A DNA stretch of 64,000 nucleotides from a virus (IMGVR_UViG_3300021387_000164:1-64000), one strand, 5' to 3'. Positions 19,013-28,149 are shown, numbered from the stretch's first letter. The notes: generated from the letters alone by a model not told the origin. Made by a program: numbers and translations.

Positions 19013-19438
19013 TTACCAATATATTTCTTTTTCAAAAATCATTTCTGTTGCACAGATATCGTCAATTCCAATCCAGTATAAAGCATCTTTTGGTATTACG
19101 CATCTTACTACACATCTGCTATGGCCGCAATTAGATATCGCATAATCGCATTTGGCAAATGCATGAAAATATCCTTCGTCAACATGTGTTATCCGGCGCC
19201 ACTTTCTACCTATATGACCAAATGCCACATCGTATGCCATGTTATAATAATACTTTTTGTAATTTCCTTCTGCTTTATATACTTTGCCGAGTGACGTTAC
19301 AGGTATTATAAATTTTTGAAATGGCGTATGATATGATATTACATGTGAATGTACATCTACATTTTTATACATCACTTTGTAACACACAATGTCTTTCGTG
19401 GCTCTGCGCGGGAGGATTTGTCTACTGTATAAACACAT
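19013..19438 (-). CDS. hypothetical protein
   Basis: 141 aa; coupled by GAA TAG TT ATG. Confidence 0.8.
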   Translation of the reverse strand: MCLYSRQILPRRATKDIVCYKVMYKNVDVHSHVISYHTPFQKFIIPVTSLGKVYKAEGNYKKYYYNMAYDVAFGHIGRKWRRITHVDEGYFHAFAKCDYAISNCGHSRCVVRCVIPKDALYWIGIDDICATEMIFEKEIYW

Positions 19439-19440
19439 AA

Positions 19441-19977
19441 CTATTCTCCTTCAAAATGCCATTTGAAATTAACATCCTCATTGCGTTCAACAATGCGTTT
19501 CCACTGCTCTACTGTGATAGGTCTATTTAGTCCAAGTTTAAGTGGTCTAAATTCGTATGTATATACGCTGGATCCTGGTATGAACGATGTATGTACAACA
19601 CCGTCTACAAAAGCTTTACTCCTTTTAAGACCCCAGTTAGTAACATCGTTTACTGCTTTTACAAGCGATAATTTACTAGCTATTTGGTCTATTTTTACAG
19701 TAGTAGAACCATTATTATCAACTGCCGGTTCGTTAGAGGGTGCATCTGGCTTTACGCTGATACATTTTGTAACAATACCCATTGGAACATTGGGTGTTGC
19801 ACCATCCTTTGATTTTGGTTTACTAACCATAGAGAACGCTTTGAGCGTAAGATCAATCACTTGTTCCGTGCTATCAGCTGCTACATCAATGATAACTGCT
19901 GCTGCAGGATCAATAGTATAATGCTCATAGAGCATTGCTACTATTCTTTGCTTGTCTTTTAATGTTAACTCTTTCAT
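19441..19977 (-). CDS. protein with ribosomal bL12 (L7/L12) C-terminal-like domain (TAG stop)
   Basis: SKLSLVKAVNDVTNWGLKRSKAFVD resembles the bL12 CTD motif KxxVIKAVRxxTGLGLKEAKDLVE; start revised to MKELTLK. Confidence 0.7.
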   Translation of the reverse strand: MKELTLKDKQRIVAMLYEHYTIDPAAAVIIDVAADSTEQVIDLTLKAFSMVSKPKSKDGATPNVPMGIVTKCISVKPDAPSNEPAVDNNGSTTVKIDQIASKLSLVKAVNDVTNWGLKRSKAFVDGVVHTSFIPGSSVYTYEFRPLKLGLNRPITVEQWKRIVERNEDVNFKWHFEGE

Positions 19978-20651
19978 ATTTTGTTGAATTTGATATTCAA
20001 AGAAAAAGGGGACACTTTGAATACATGTCCCCAATGTGTACATATCCCTTCCACACTCAACCGTAATAGAGCTCAACACGATATTCCATGGTATTAGCCC
20101 TCCCGTAGAGCCCAAATCAATCGTGCGATTTAATATTTGCCCGGTTCATACTCCATGTCATAGGTCAATTTCCGCCTTAGGGTACGGACAAGCTCGGTCC
20201 ATGCTGTGCACGCATGTTGCGACTTGGTTGTGTTATCTGTGTACAAAAATAGTAAAAACCCTTGCTATCTTCACAGACCACAAGGGAAAATGTAAAACTC
20301 AGTTCTAATATTATGAAGGAATGTTTGATTTGACTGATATACAATGTTCATTGGTTCAAGCATTATATGCTATATATCCAGTGTCGCCGCGTGGAGGCTG
20401 AACAATGACACCGAAGCCTACTATCTTCACAGACTGTAGACTTAAAGATAATCTTATGAGTTATTCAAAAAAAGATTCAAAAACGACACTCACTAGTGTC
20501 TGCATATCCTAAATATGAAAATTGGTGATGTGTTTCATTAAAAAGTGGGAGTAGTGGTACCAGCGATGCATTTGGTGGTGCACCCCCGAATTTAAACCAT
20601 CTACTCCCAACACGCGTGTGCAGTCCTATGTACACTTGAACTGCCGATTTG

Positions 20652-20920
20652 GTGAGCCTAGCTCGTCATCTCACATGGAGGACTCTCTGCAGGTATCCTC
20701 TTCGTAAGGTCTTTTACTGTGACCTTCAGAACGTTGATAATTGAGCGTTTTAGTTTATCTTACGCACAACTTGATTACTTTTCCACTTTTCAACCGTTCT
20801 CAAGAGTACGAAGTAATCATACGTCCGGTTTACACCTCTTTTCGAGAGGTGCTTGTTGTGTGGCCTAGCTCATCATCCACACTGGTAGGCGACCTGCCTC
20901 AAGACCTACTTTGTTGAGCT
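20652..20920 (-). repeat. two copies of a pseudoknot-like motif (20652-20746, 20858-20920)
   Basis: Stem with loop AUGAYGAGCUAGG; loop GAGC is complementary to upstream GCUC in both copies. Confidence 0.55.
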
Positions 20921-20948
20921 TTTTATCTAAGCGCTCTCACTTGCGCTG

Positions 20949-21003
20949 AACTGTTTCGTCGTAATTTTCAACGACTCATCAGGAGCCTAAAGGCCCGACA
21001 GTT
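20949..21003 (-). ncRNA. hammerhead ribozyme, type III
   Basis: AACUGUC^GGGCC-UUUA-GGCUC-CUGAUGA-GUCGU(UGAAAAUU)ACGAC-GAAA-CAGUU. Confidence 0.92.
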
Positions 21004-21060
21004 TATAAATACAGCACACCTATTCTCACGAACCAGTGTGTGCCAGAAATTGAAAATAAT

Positions 21061-21303
21061 TTAACGCAATGTTATTATACCATTATTATTGACGCCTCTT
21101 ACATATTTATTTCCGTAATCGTCTGTAATACATTTACCAATGTAATGTCCATTACTGTACACTTCATTGTTGCTGATAATTACTTTCTTACCTAAAAAGG
21201 TATAGTCTGACCGGCCTGTGACGTTGGCTTTGCGGTCATGTGAAATTCTTGTGTGGTCACCATCTGATGATGCCACAGCATTTGGATTGAATCTTCTCCT
21301 CAT
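21061..21303 (-). CDS. hypothetical protein
   Basis: 80-aa ORF with ATCAAAAAATATATG start. Confidence 0.7.
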   Translation of the reverse strand: MRRRFNPNAVASSDGDHTRISHDRKANVTGRSDYTFLGKKVIISNNEVYSNGHYIGKCITDDYGNKYVRGVNNNGIITLR

Positions 21304-21754
21304 ATATTTTTTGATTTTATAGTTATCAGAGTGGCTATCATGCTTATATATGCTATAAACTTCATAATGTGCATATATTCTCTTATTTCATATGGTCCCA
21401 TATTATTTATATTTAGTTAAATTTGATGTTCAAGAGGTATTGTATGTTTTGATAACACACAACAAAAGGTTATTTCAAATCTTCTGGACGTATAATACGC
21501 AAATTAACAACATGGGTGTGACCTGCCCACCTTGTTACTTCACGCACATAGTCTTTCCCTGCTACAGTATACATATACTTGTCATATGTCATAGACTATT
21601 TGACTAAGTATGATATAATGTAACAAAGCGCACTGCCAACCAATAACCCAATGATTACTGGAAGGTTAGACCACTTCGTATGCTTGTCGCATACTCCGAG
21701 GATTAATTTGAGAGATTTGTTCCACATATATATGAGCATTGATGCATCAAATTA

Positions 21755-21794
21755 AAAAATGTGTGAGGTGGGCTCAAGCAACCCACACTCACAC
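21755..21794 (-). terminator. intrinsic terminator-like hairpin
   Basis: GUGUGAG-U-GUGGG/CCCAC-CUCACAC followed by a U-run, just after the stop of 21802..22344. Confidence 0.6.
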
Positions 21795-21801
21795 TTACCC
21801 A

Positions 21802-22344
21802 TTATACTGGGTCGTCTACAGCGGCACTCTGCCCACCGCCTTGTCCCTGGAACTGGCTGGCTGGCATGTAGAATGAGTTCATTACAGACGTACCACGTGT
21901 TACGCGGTCCCAACCCTTCAGTGCGGTCAATGGCGAACCATTGGGATTGAGGAGCTGTAACTGCTCATCATACGCATAACGTGTCAACACGCGAACCTCT
22001 GTGCGGACGAATGGCATGCCAAATTTGTTCTTCATTGGCATCCTTGTTGCAGGGTCTACACGGTACATTGGCTCTGGGAACGTGAAGACTTCGTCGAAGG
22101 CATAATTCCATGTAGCGTACTCTTCAGGAATAGGCTCGTCTGCTGTTGCATTCTGCAGATTACCACCATTTGCTACGGTGATGTGCTTCAGATACTTTTC
22201 AGCTTCCTGGTCGAATACTGGGACTACGCGAATGTTACCGCCGTCGTCTTGTAATGTGCACTCAACGTATTTATTACCGTTGTTTTGGCCTTCCTTCGTG
22301 ACTTTCTTAGCCACTACCTTAATTACTTTGTACTTCATATGCAA
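21802..22344 (-). CDS. hypothetical protein, possible OB-fold ssDNA-binding protein
   Basis: Beta-rich N-terminus (KYVECTLQDDGG..VPVF) and a Gly/Gln linker with acidic tail; function is inference. Confidence 0.6.
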   Translation of the reverse strand: MHMKYKVIKVVAKKVTKEGQNNGNKYVECTLQDDGGNIRVVPVFDQEAEKYLKHITVANGGNLQNATADEPIPEEYATWNYAFDEVFTFPEPMYRVDPATRMPMKNKFGMPFVRTEVRVLTRYAYDEQLQLLNPNGSPLTALKGWDRVTRGTSVMNSFYMPASQFQGQGGGQSAAVDDPV

Positions 22345-22640
22345 TTTTATTTAAATGTGGAACATAATTTTCATTTCATTCAAATTATGACTTCGGTTGC
22401 TAACGCAAGCCTCCGAACATAATTTTCATTTGGCTATATATTAAGCAAAGGATAACAATAAGCGAAGAGCAAGTTGGGCAATTATTGGATGAGAAAAGAG
22501 AGCTTCCACTCTATACATCCATATGCCACAAGCGTCTTGTTGCTTTTGTTATCCTTGCTGTTCACTATGTGAGGGATTGTTTGTGTGGGTTTGGTGGGCG
22601 TGAGCGGATTAAGCGATACCCCCAAATAAATAGGGGAGAA

Positions 22641-22961
22641 TTACTCCTCCCCTATTAATGCAGCACAAAGGTCTTCGGCGAATGGGATGACAGCATTATA
22701 CAATGCCTCTGCTTCTTCTGGTTGCAGAACGCAAGCTGTTTTGCCCACCTTAATTTCGGTCACAGGACAACCGTTCTCGTCAATCCTTGGAGCGTTGTCC
22801 TCATTGAACACCTGGAAAGTAGAGCATCCTTCAATGCATTTCTTAACCCGTTTGAGGTTCTCTGCAGCACGAACAGTGCGAGCTACAAATGATGCATCTA
22901 ATACAATGACCTGTGTTTGGGCCTTCATCTCTACTGCTGAAATCTGAATCTTTTTTGCCAT
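22641..22961 (-). CDS. hypothetical protein
   Basis: 106-aa ORF downstream of a motif copy. Confidence 0.8.
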   Translation of the reverse strand: MAKKIQISAVEMKAQTQVIVLDASFVARTVRAAENLKRVKKCIEGCSTFQVFNEDNAPRIDENGCPVTEIKVGKTACVLQPEEAEALYNAVIPFAEDLCAALIGEE

Positions 22962-23153
22962 ATTTGATATATTTAAAGTGTTATACGTGTCTACTATGAG
23001 TAGGATTGTTTGAGTTGGTTGAGTAGGATGTTACTTTACTTCGCATCCTACAAACCATGAGTCCACATAATCTGTGATAGACTCATCCCACTCTTCATCC
23101 TTGTTCTTCATATGCATTGTATTGTTATAATCATCAACATGAGAACTGTGGGA

Positions 23154-23339
23154 TTAACCCACAGTCTCATAGACTTTACGTTTGCATAACTGCCAGTCGT
23201 TTGGATGCTCATTGCACCACTTGCCACACTTCTCATAGAAGTCAGCGAACGATGGATACTCTGCGCTTCTAACACGCTTACCTTGGTAGTAATAATACAT
23301 GTAGAATACTACCCTTTCCTGTACTTTCTTTGCTTCCAT
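23154..23339 (-). CDS. small hypothetical protein
   Basis: 61-aa ORF downstream of a motif copy. Confidence 0.7.
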   Translation of the reverse strand: MEAKKVQERVVFYMYYYYQGKRVRSAEYPSFADFYEKCGKWCNEHPNDWQLCKRKVYETVG

Positions 23340-23685
23340 ATTTATTTCAATTTACTGTTGTTCAGTAGAGGAAGGATTGATTGTGCGGTTTTGCTTTGGC
23401 ACAATAAGAAATGAGCGATTATCCTGCCGCTCCCCAGTCTCGTCCTGTCGATTTTGTCCTCAGTGGCAAGCCACAACCCAGGATGCTCCATAACGTTTCC
23501 TATTGAACCCCGAAGGTAAGTCACGTCGTCACGTTAAGTGTACCGCGTCCGGCTGGCACAGACTATTCCTGCCTGTTTACTAGGCGCTGGATTGATTGGG
23601 TGGGGGTAGTTGGACATTGCTTTTGGGTGGGGGAGGTTGTTTAGTGGAGGTTCTCGTTTCTGCACGCATATAATAAAAAAATTTT

Positions 23686-23728
23686 AAAAAAAATAAAGGA
23701 GAGCTGAACTTAATCAACCCTCCTTTTT
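23686..23728 (-). terminator. intrinsic terminator closing the 23.7-26.9 kb block
   Basis: GGAGGGUUGA/UCAGCUCUCC hairpin with T-runs on both strands. Confidence 0.7.
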
Positions 23729-23973
23729 GTCTATTATTACAATATCAATTCCCCAGAATAACCATCCTATAAAGATGTGTCTATCTTCATTATACCAATA
23801 GTTAATATTTGGCGTTATCATGAAGCATTTGTAGTCATTGTTTACCCTTATTTTCATGACGTTTTGTGTGTTTATATCTCTTTATTCTATCTTGCAGGTC
23901 AGGTCTATCTTCGAATAGTTCATCTAATAATGACCAATATTCCGAAGGATAGAATCTGTATAAATCTTCTACT

Positions 23974-24180
23974 TTAAGGGTTACAGGCTCCGGTGATTTT
24001 ATTTGGTCCAGTATGCCGTTGCCGATATGCAAAGCATTTTTCCAATTGTTGCATTCCTTCATATCCGACTATATCTTTGTAGTAAAAATATATCTTCTGC
24101 ATTTCTATTGCTTCGCGCCATTCTAAGTATTCTTGCCGAACTTTAATGGCCCCTAATTCAGCATTAATATCGTTTATCAT
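23974..24180 (-). CDS. small hypothetical protein
   Basis: ATGA overlap with the upstream gene. Confidence 0.55.
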   Translation of the reverse strand: MINDINAELGAIKVRQEYLEWREAIEMQKIYFYYKDIVGYEGMQQLEKCFAYRQRHTGPNKITGACNP

Positions 24181-24458
24181 AATTCACTAGCTCTAACATT
24201 TGTGCCGTCGTTTCTAGTAGCTACTACCGGGTCGTCATGCGGATCAAGCTTGGCGCGACTTTCTAGTACGCTGACTAGTCTATCTATTTTCACTTTGTCT
24301 CCTATAGGTTCTAGTATGTACTCCCAATCATGATCCTCCCACTTCTCATCGGGGTTATATCTACTGAGTATCTCTTGTTTTACTTCCTCAGTAAACTCAT
24401 CATTATCTGCAGATATTATACTTGCAAATACGAAGTATTTTAGGCTTTGTTCATCCAT
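24177..24458 (-). CDS. hypothetical acidic protein
   Basis: 93-aa ORF in a tight operon. Confidence 0.75.
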   Translation of the reverse strand: MDEQSLKYFVFASIISADNDEFTEEVKQEILSRYNPDEKWEDHDWEYILEPIGDKVKIDRLVSVLESRAKLDPHDDPVVATRNDGTNVRASEL

Positions 24459-24459
24459 A

Positions 24460-24750
24460 TTATCTAAAAAGTCTCTTCCACCAACTGGTTTTTGTATGTA
24501 TTCCTTCGTATGCGTCTTTTAATACGGAATACAACTTATAATAATGTTCTGCCTCCATGCGGGAATGTTTCAATTCAGTAGAAAGGCGGTCATTTTCTGC
24601 CTCTAAACGTTTCATATCGTCTTCTACTTCATGTTGAGCCTCCCTCTTTGCAGCATCCTTCATCGTTTTTCGCTCAACATCATATCGTTCGCTCTGTCGA
24701 ATCAAATACTCAAGTCTATCCAGAGATATTTGTACCATTTCTTCACTCAT
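24460..24750 (-). CDS. coiled-coil protein ending WWKRLFR
   Basis: 96-aa ORF. Confidence 0.8.
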   Translation of the reverse strand: MSEEMVQISLDRLEYLIRQSERYDVERKTMKDAAKREAQHEVEDDMKRLEAENDRLSTELKHSRMEAEHYYKLYSVLKDAYEGIHTKTSWWKRLFR

Positions 24751-24825
24751 CTTTTAGTATATTAGATATTTTTATGAATACTACTACAAACGCAAGTACG
24801 GCAAGCGCACTAAATATAGCCCCTA

Positions 24826-25359
24826 TTACTTGTTCTGGTTCCATGGGAAATATGATTTAATCTTACTCCAAAGGCTTTGTTTAGGCTCTTCTGGCTGCGC
24901 GAAGAGGGGCATTACTATTGGTGCCGGCTCTTCTTTACCTACATTAGCATACTCTGCTTCAGCATCAAAGCATGGGCATTGCTTCTTCCAATTCTTAGAA
25001 TTCTTACCCCAAATATCTCTGTGACCCATTATGTGGGCGTTTGGGTAACGCTTTTTAAGACTCCCTAACAAATCTCTGAGTACACGCTTTTGGTCATCAG
25101 TCCTATTGTCTACGGCCCTGCCTCTTCCATCAATTCCTCCAACGTACGCTATATTAATTGAAGTAGAGTTATATCCTTGTACTCCGTTACTAACTTTGTC
25201 TTCGGCTAATAACTGTTCTAATTTTCCATCTGGAAAGACTACGTAGTGATAGCCTGGAGCGCTCCATCCTCTAGCTTTAAATTCTCTGAGTAAGTCATTT
25301 TTTGTCTGTTTTTGACTGCCAGCTGTGCAGTGTACGAATATTCTCTTTATGTCTCTCAT
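24826..25359 (-). CDS. N-acetylmuramoyl-L-alanine amidase (T7-lysozyme/Amidase_2 type endolysin)
   Basis: IFVHCTA, GYHY, NSTSINIAYVGG, GHRD, CPCFD. Confidence 0.93.
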   Translation of the reverse strand: MRDIKRIFVHCTAGSQKQTKNDLLREFKARGWSAPGYHYVVFPDGKLEQLLAEDKVSNGVQGYNSTSINIAYVGGIDGRGRAVDNRTDDQKRVLRDLLGSLKKRYPNAHIMGHRDIWGKNSKNWKKQCPCFDAEAEYANVGKEEPAPIVMPLFAQPEEPKQSLWSKIKSYFPWNQNK

Positions 25360-25440
25360 ATCAATCCTGTTTATTTATAAATCCAAATACACACAGCAGT
25401 CCTACAACAATTACTATTCCTACTGCTAATACGCCTTCGC

Positions 25441-25836
25441 TCATGCTGCAGTCTCCTCTATTGGTTCTACGTACTCGTCCATAACAGTAGGTTCTTCTTT
25501 ATCGTATGCCTCCTTTAGCTCTTCAACAGCCTTAGAAATTTCATCGATTTCGACTTGTTCTGCTTCTGTGGCATCATCCTTAGCCTTCTGAATGCTATCG
25601 TTAAAAACAGTTAATCGCTTCAATAGACTCTCCCGATCCATGTCGTTATAAAGCTTAAACAGCCACTTTTGGGCGTTATTTAAGTATACTTTATACACCT
25701 CGTTATCAGGATTTTCCTGTACTTTCTTTGTCAGATCATCAACCAGTTTCTCTGTTTCTTCTATAGTGAAATTGTGTTGAGGGGCTTTGTTGATAATATT
25801 ACCGTCAATATCGTATAAATTACTAAATTTACTCAT
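25441..25836 (-). CDS. hypothetical acidic protein
   Basis: 131-aa ORF ending ETAA. Confidence 0.8.
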   Translation of the reverse strand: MSKFSNLYDIDGNIINKAPQHNFTIEETEKLVDDLTKKVQENPDNEVYKVYLNNAQKWLFKLYNDMDRESLLKRLTVFNDSIQKAKDDATEAEQVEIDEISKAVEELKEAYDKEEPTVMDEYVEPIEETAA

Positions 25837-25935
25837 CGTCTTTACTTGGGTTTATATCATCCCAGTCGCAGGGATCAATTTCATTCGTCATCGTTTCCAT
25901 AACATCCGTTTTTATAAGCATTTCTTTCTGCCCGT

Positions 25936-26436
25936 TCAATAATTTCCAGGGCTTTTAAGTAGGCCTCGTCTTCTAAGAGCCGTTTCAGCATGTTTGACGT
26001 AGATGCTGCATTCTGATTCTTGGGGGTCTCCATTTTCATTTACAGTTATATGACAATATGTCTGCTGTTTTCGCCAGTTGTTATATTCATTAAACGCGGC
26101 CTTTCGTTCCTACTTACTGCTAAATTGGTGTATACATTTTAGCATTTGCTCTGCATTTACTGAGCCGCAGGACTTTATGGCACAAATATCATCAATAAAA
26201 CTCATGGCTGCCTCATCGTCATATTTATCTCGTAACAACTGAAATTCCTTCATAGATTGTATGAAGTACTGGTTGTTTACGTCATACTCTGGTTCCATGT
26301 CCACTATAAATGCACTGTTAATAGGGCAACCGTGAATGAAGAAATACTTACAATTGTCTGTTACAGGGTGACATTTATGTTTCATACTTAAAAAATCTGC
26401 ATAATACAAAACTGCGTTCAACTCGATATGTGTCAT
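25936..26436 (-). CDS. hypothetical protein with one in-frame TAG
   Basis: After TAG (26110-26112) the frame stays open to TGA at 25936. Confidence 0.65.
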
Positions 26437-26840
26437 TTGTTTAACAATGTTTTAGCGATTCGTTCTGCAATATATGCAACAAAATAAGCAAATGTTTCCT
26501 GATTTTTAGTATCTATCTCTGCGCTCACTATGTTGTAGATGTCTATTGCGACATGTGTGGCCTCATGAGCACAAATGTCAATCAGATCCAACAAATCATC
26601 TCCAGAAGAAACAAAATTTGAAGGTTTAGTATAATGCACCAATAACACCGTAGCTCCGTCTTCTTTGCGCTTTACAGTTCCAGTACATGCGGAACAATCA
26701 TTCCATGTGTCGTCTAGCTCAGTATTGTCATCGTAACAGTATAACTCTCGTAAATCATTAAGCGTTACTTTTGAATCGGCTACTACGAAGTCAATATCAT
26801 ATTGAGTGCTGTATGTGTCTATTCTTGCTTTTTTGTTCAT
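26433..26840 (-). CDS. small HExxH (zincin-like) protein
   Basis: CAHEATHVA...QETFAYF; start revised to MNKKAR. Confidence 0.75.
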   Translation of the reverse strand: MNKKARIDTYSTQYDIDFVVADSKVTLNDLRELYCYDDNTELDDTWNDCSACTGTVKRKEDGATVLLVHYTKPSNFVSSGDDLLDLIDICAHEATHVAIDIYNIVSAEIDTKNQETFAYFVAYIAERIAKTLLNK

Positions 26841-26993
26841 GTTCTGTTTATAAGTTACTGGGGAAAGAGAAGAAAGTAGCAAAGAAGATAAAGGGCCAGT
26901 ATATATATTATTTATAGCAAGTAGTTATATTTAATAGGAATGCCCCTATTAACCCCCTATAGTCCCCCTTCTTCCCCCAGGTTAATACAACAA

Positions 26994-27077
26994 CATAACG
27001 TTGTATGAAGCGAAAAAGTTGCATTTTGAAAAAATTTTTATTAAATTGCAACCGTAAATGTAAAAATTTACGTTATG
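26994..27077. promoter_or_regulatory. divergent pair of ECF-type promoters TGCAAC-N17/18-CGTTATG
   Basis: Minus strand 27023-26994 and plus strand 27047-27077, at the strand switch. Confidence 0.72.
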
Positions 27078-27108
27078 CTGTCGTAATTAACAAAAATCGA
27101 AAATACAA

Positions 27109-27525
27109 ATGACAAAGATTTTACGTGTAATTAGCCCATTTTTTGTTATGGAGACCGGTGATACATTTAACTGGGACGCTACAAAAAACATGTATATTTC
27201 TATTCACAATGAAGAGTTCCATAAGTCAGATGACGCAAACTCAGAGATTAGCTCATCGTACAACTCGGACTTCTCGATAAGCGCTGAATATGCTAGTGAT
27301 CTTATCAAGCAAGGATATCTTGAGGAAGTATGTGAGGACGAAACAAGCTCTACGTTTGTAAACGTATTTGACGAAATCAATAGACTTACTGTTAAATACA
27401 CAAACGAGCTTAAAACCATTGACGAGGACATGGCAACAATGCCAGAGTGCGTTAAGATTGAGCGAATCACTGTTTTGAAGAACATGTTAAAATTGCTCGG
27501 ATATTTATACGGACTTAAAAAGTAA
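27109..27525 (+). CDS. hypothetical protein
   Basis: First ORF of the rightward block. Confidence 0.85.
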   Translation: MTKILRVISPFFVMETGDTFNWDATKNMYISIHNEEFHKSDDANSEISSSYNSDFSISAEYASDLIKQGYLEEVCEDETSSTFVNVFDEINRLTVKYTNELKTIDEDMATMPECVKIERITVLKNMLKLLGYLYGLKK

Positions 27526-27529
27526 CAAT

Positions 27530-27940
27530 ATGGGAGAAGATAATGTTATTGATCAGTCGCAGCTTGCGGAAGACTTATCTAGCAAAATTAAATACAATTT
27601 TCTTGATTACTTCCTTGTAAAGCCGCTGGACCCGATCAAAGTAAAAAAGACTTTTAGCAAACCTGTTTCAAATAGCAAGCCTAATAAAGATGCAACTGGT
27701 ATCGAGGCTATTGACTATGATGTGGTTGAGACAGAGGTAAAAGAAGTTGATTCTGATTATCGCAGAGGTGTTGTCTTGAAACGACCACTGTATTATGAGA
27801 CATCTGACGTTGTCGGTACTGAACACGAAATCAAGATCGGTGACATCATTGTTTTTAGAGATGCTGCTGGTTCAACCTTTGATTTACTCAAAGACAGCAA
27901 GCTTATTCGTCAATATGACGTTATTGCTATTGAATCGTGA
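27530..27940 (+). CDS. GroES/Cpn10-like co-chaperonin
   Basis: LDYFLVKPL...RGVVLK...IKIGDIIVF...LIRQYDVIAI matches the Cpn10 pattern, with a long mobile-loop region. Confidence 0.75.
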   Translation: MGEDNVIDQSQLAEDLSSKIKYNFLDYFLVKPLDPIKVKKTFSKPVSNSKPNKDATGIEAIDYDVVETEVKEVDSDYRRGVVLKRPLYYETSDVVGTEHEIKIGDIIVFRDAAGSTFDLLKDSKLIRQYDVIAIES

Positions 27941-28149
27941 TTGACATTGACAAGATATCTAAAGAAATCTCTAATAGATTAAACTTAGATTATGATATAG
28001 TAAAGACTGTATGTAGACATACTTTTCAATGTACGGTTGATGCTATGAAATCCGAAAATGATTATAGAGACATCATGTTTAACGGGTTGTTTAAGTTTAA
28101 ATTGAAACGGCGGTTTAAAGAAAACAAAACAAGACAATACACAAAATGA
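27937..28149 (+). CDS. HU/IHF-like small DNA-binding protein
   Basis: ISKEISNRLNL...IMFNGLFKFKLKRR. Confidence 0.65.
   Translation: MIDIDKISKEISNRLNLDYDIVKTVCRHTFQCTVDAMKSENDYRDIMFNGLFKFKLKRRFKENKTRQYTK

Larger units (their letters stand above)
20259..21043 (-). repeat. GUGA-tetraloop hairpin repeats (20259-20286, 20414-20443, 21014-21043; also 16220-16251, 15629-15644, 15537-15552)
   Basis: Outer stem, small internal loop, then GUYY-GUGA-RRAU; the outer stems differ in sequence but remain paired. Confidence 0.65.
22559..23598 (-). promoter_or_regulatory. four copies of CAAWCAATCC-N6-TASTRRACA, candidate early promoter
   Basis: 10-mer at 22574-22583, 23003-23012, 23374-23383 and 23589-23598, all intergenic with fixed spacing. 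Confidence 0.75.

Noticed and set aside
23420-23482. Possible third hammerhead (CUGAGGA...GAGAC)
   Set aside because: No stem II and no GAAA core
26943-26978. C-tract cluster as replication origin or G-quadruplex
   Set aside because: The pattern is real but nothing in the window supports a function
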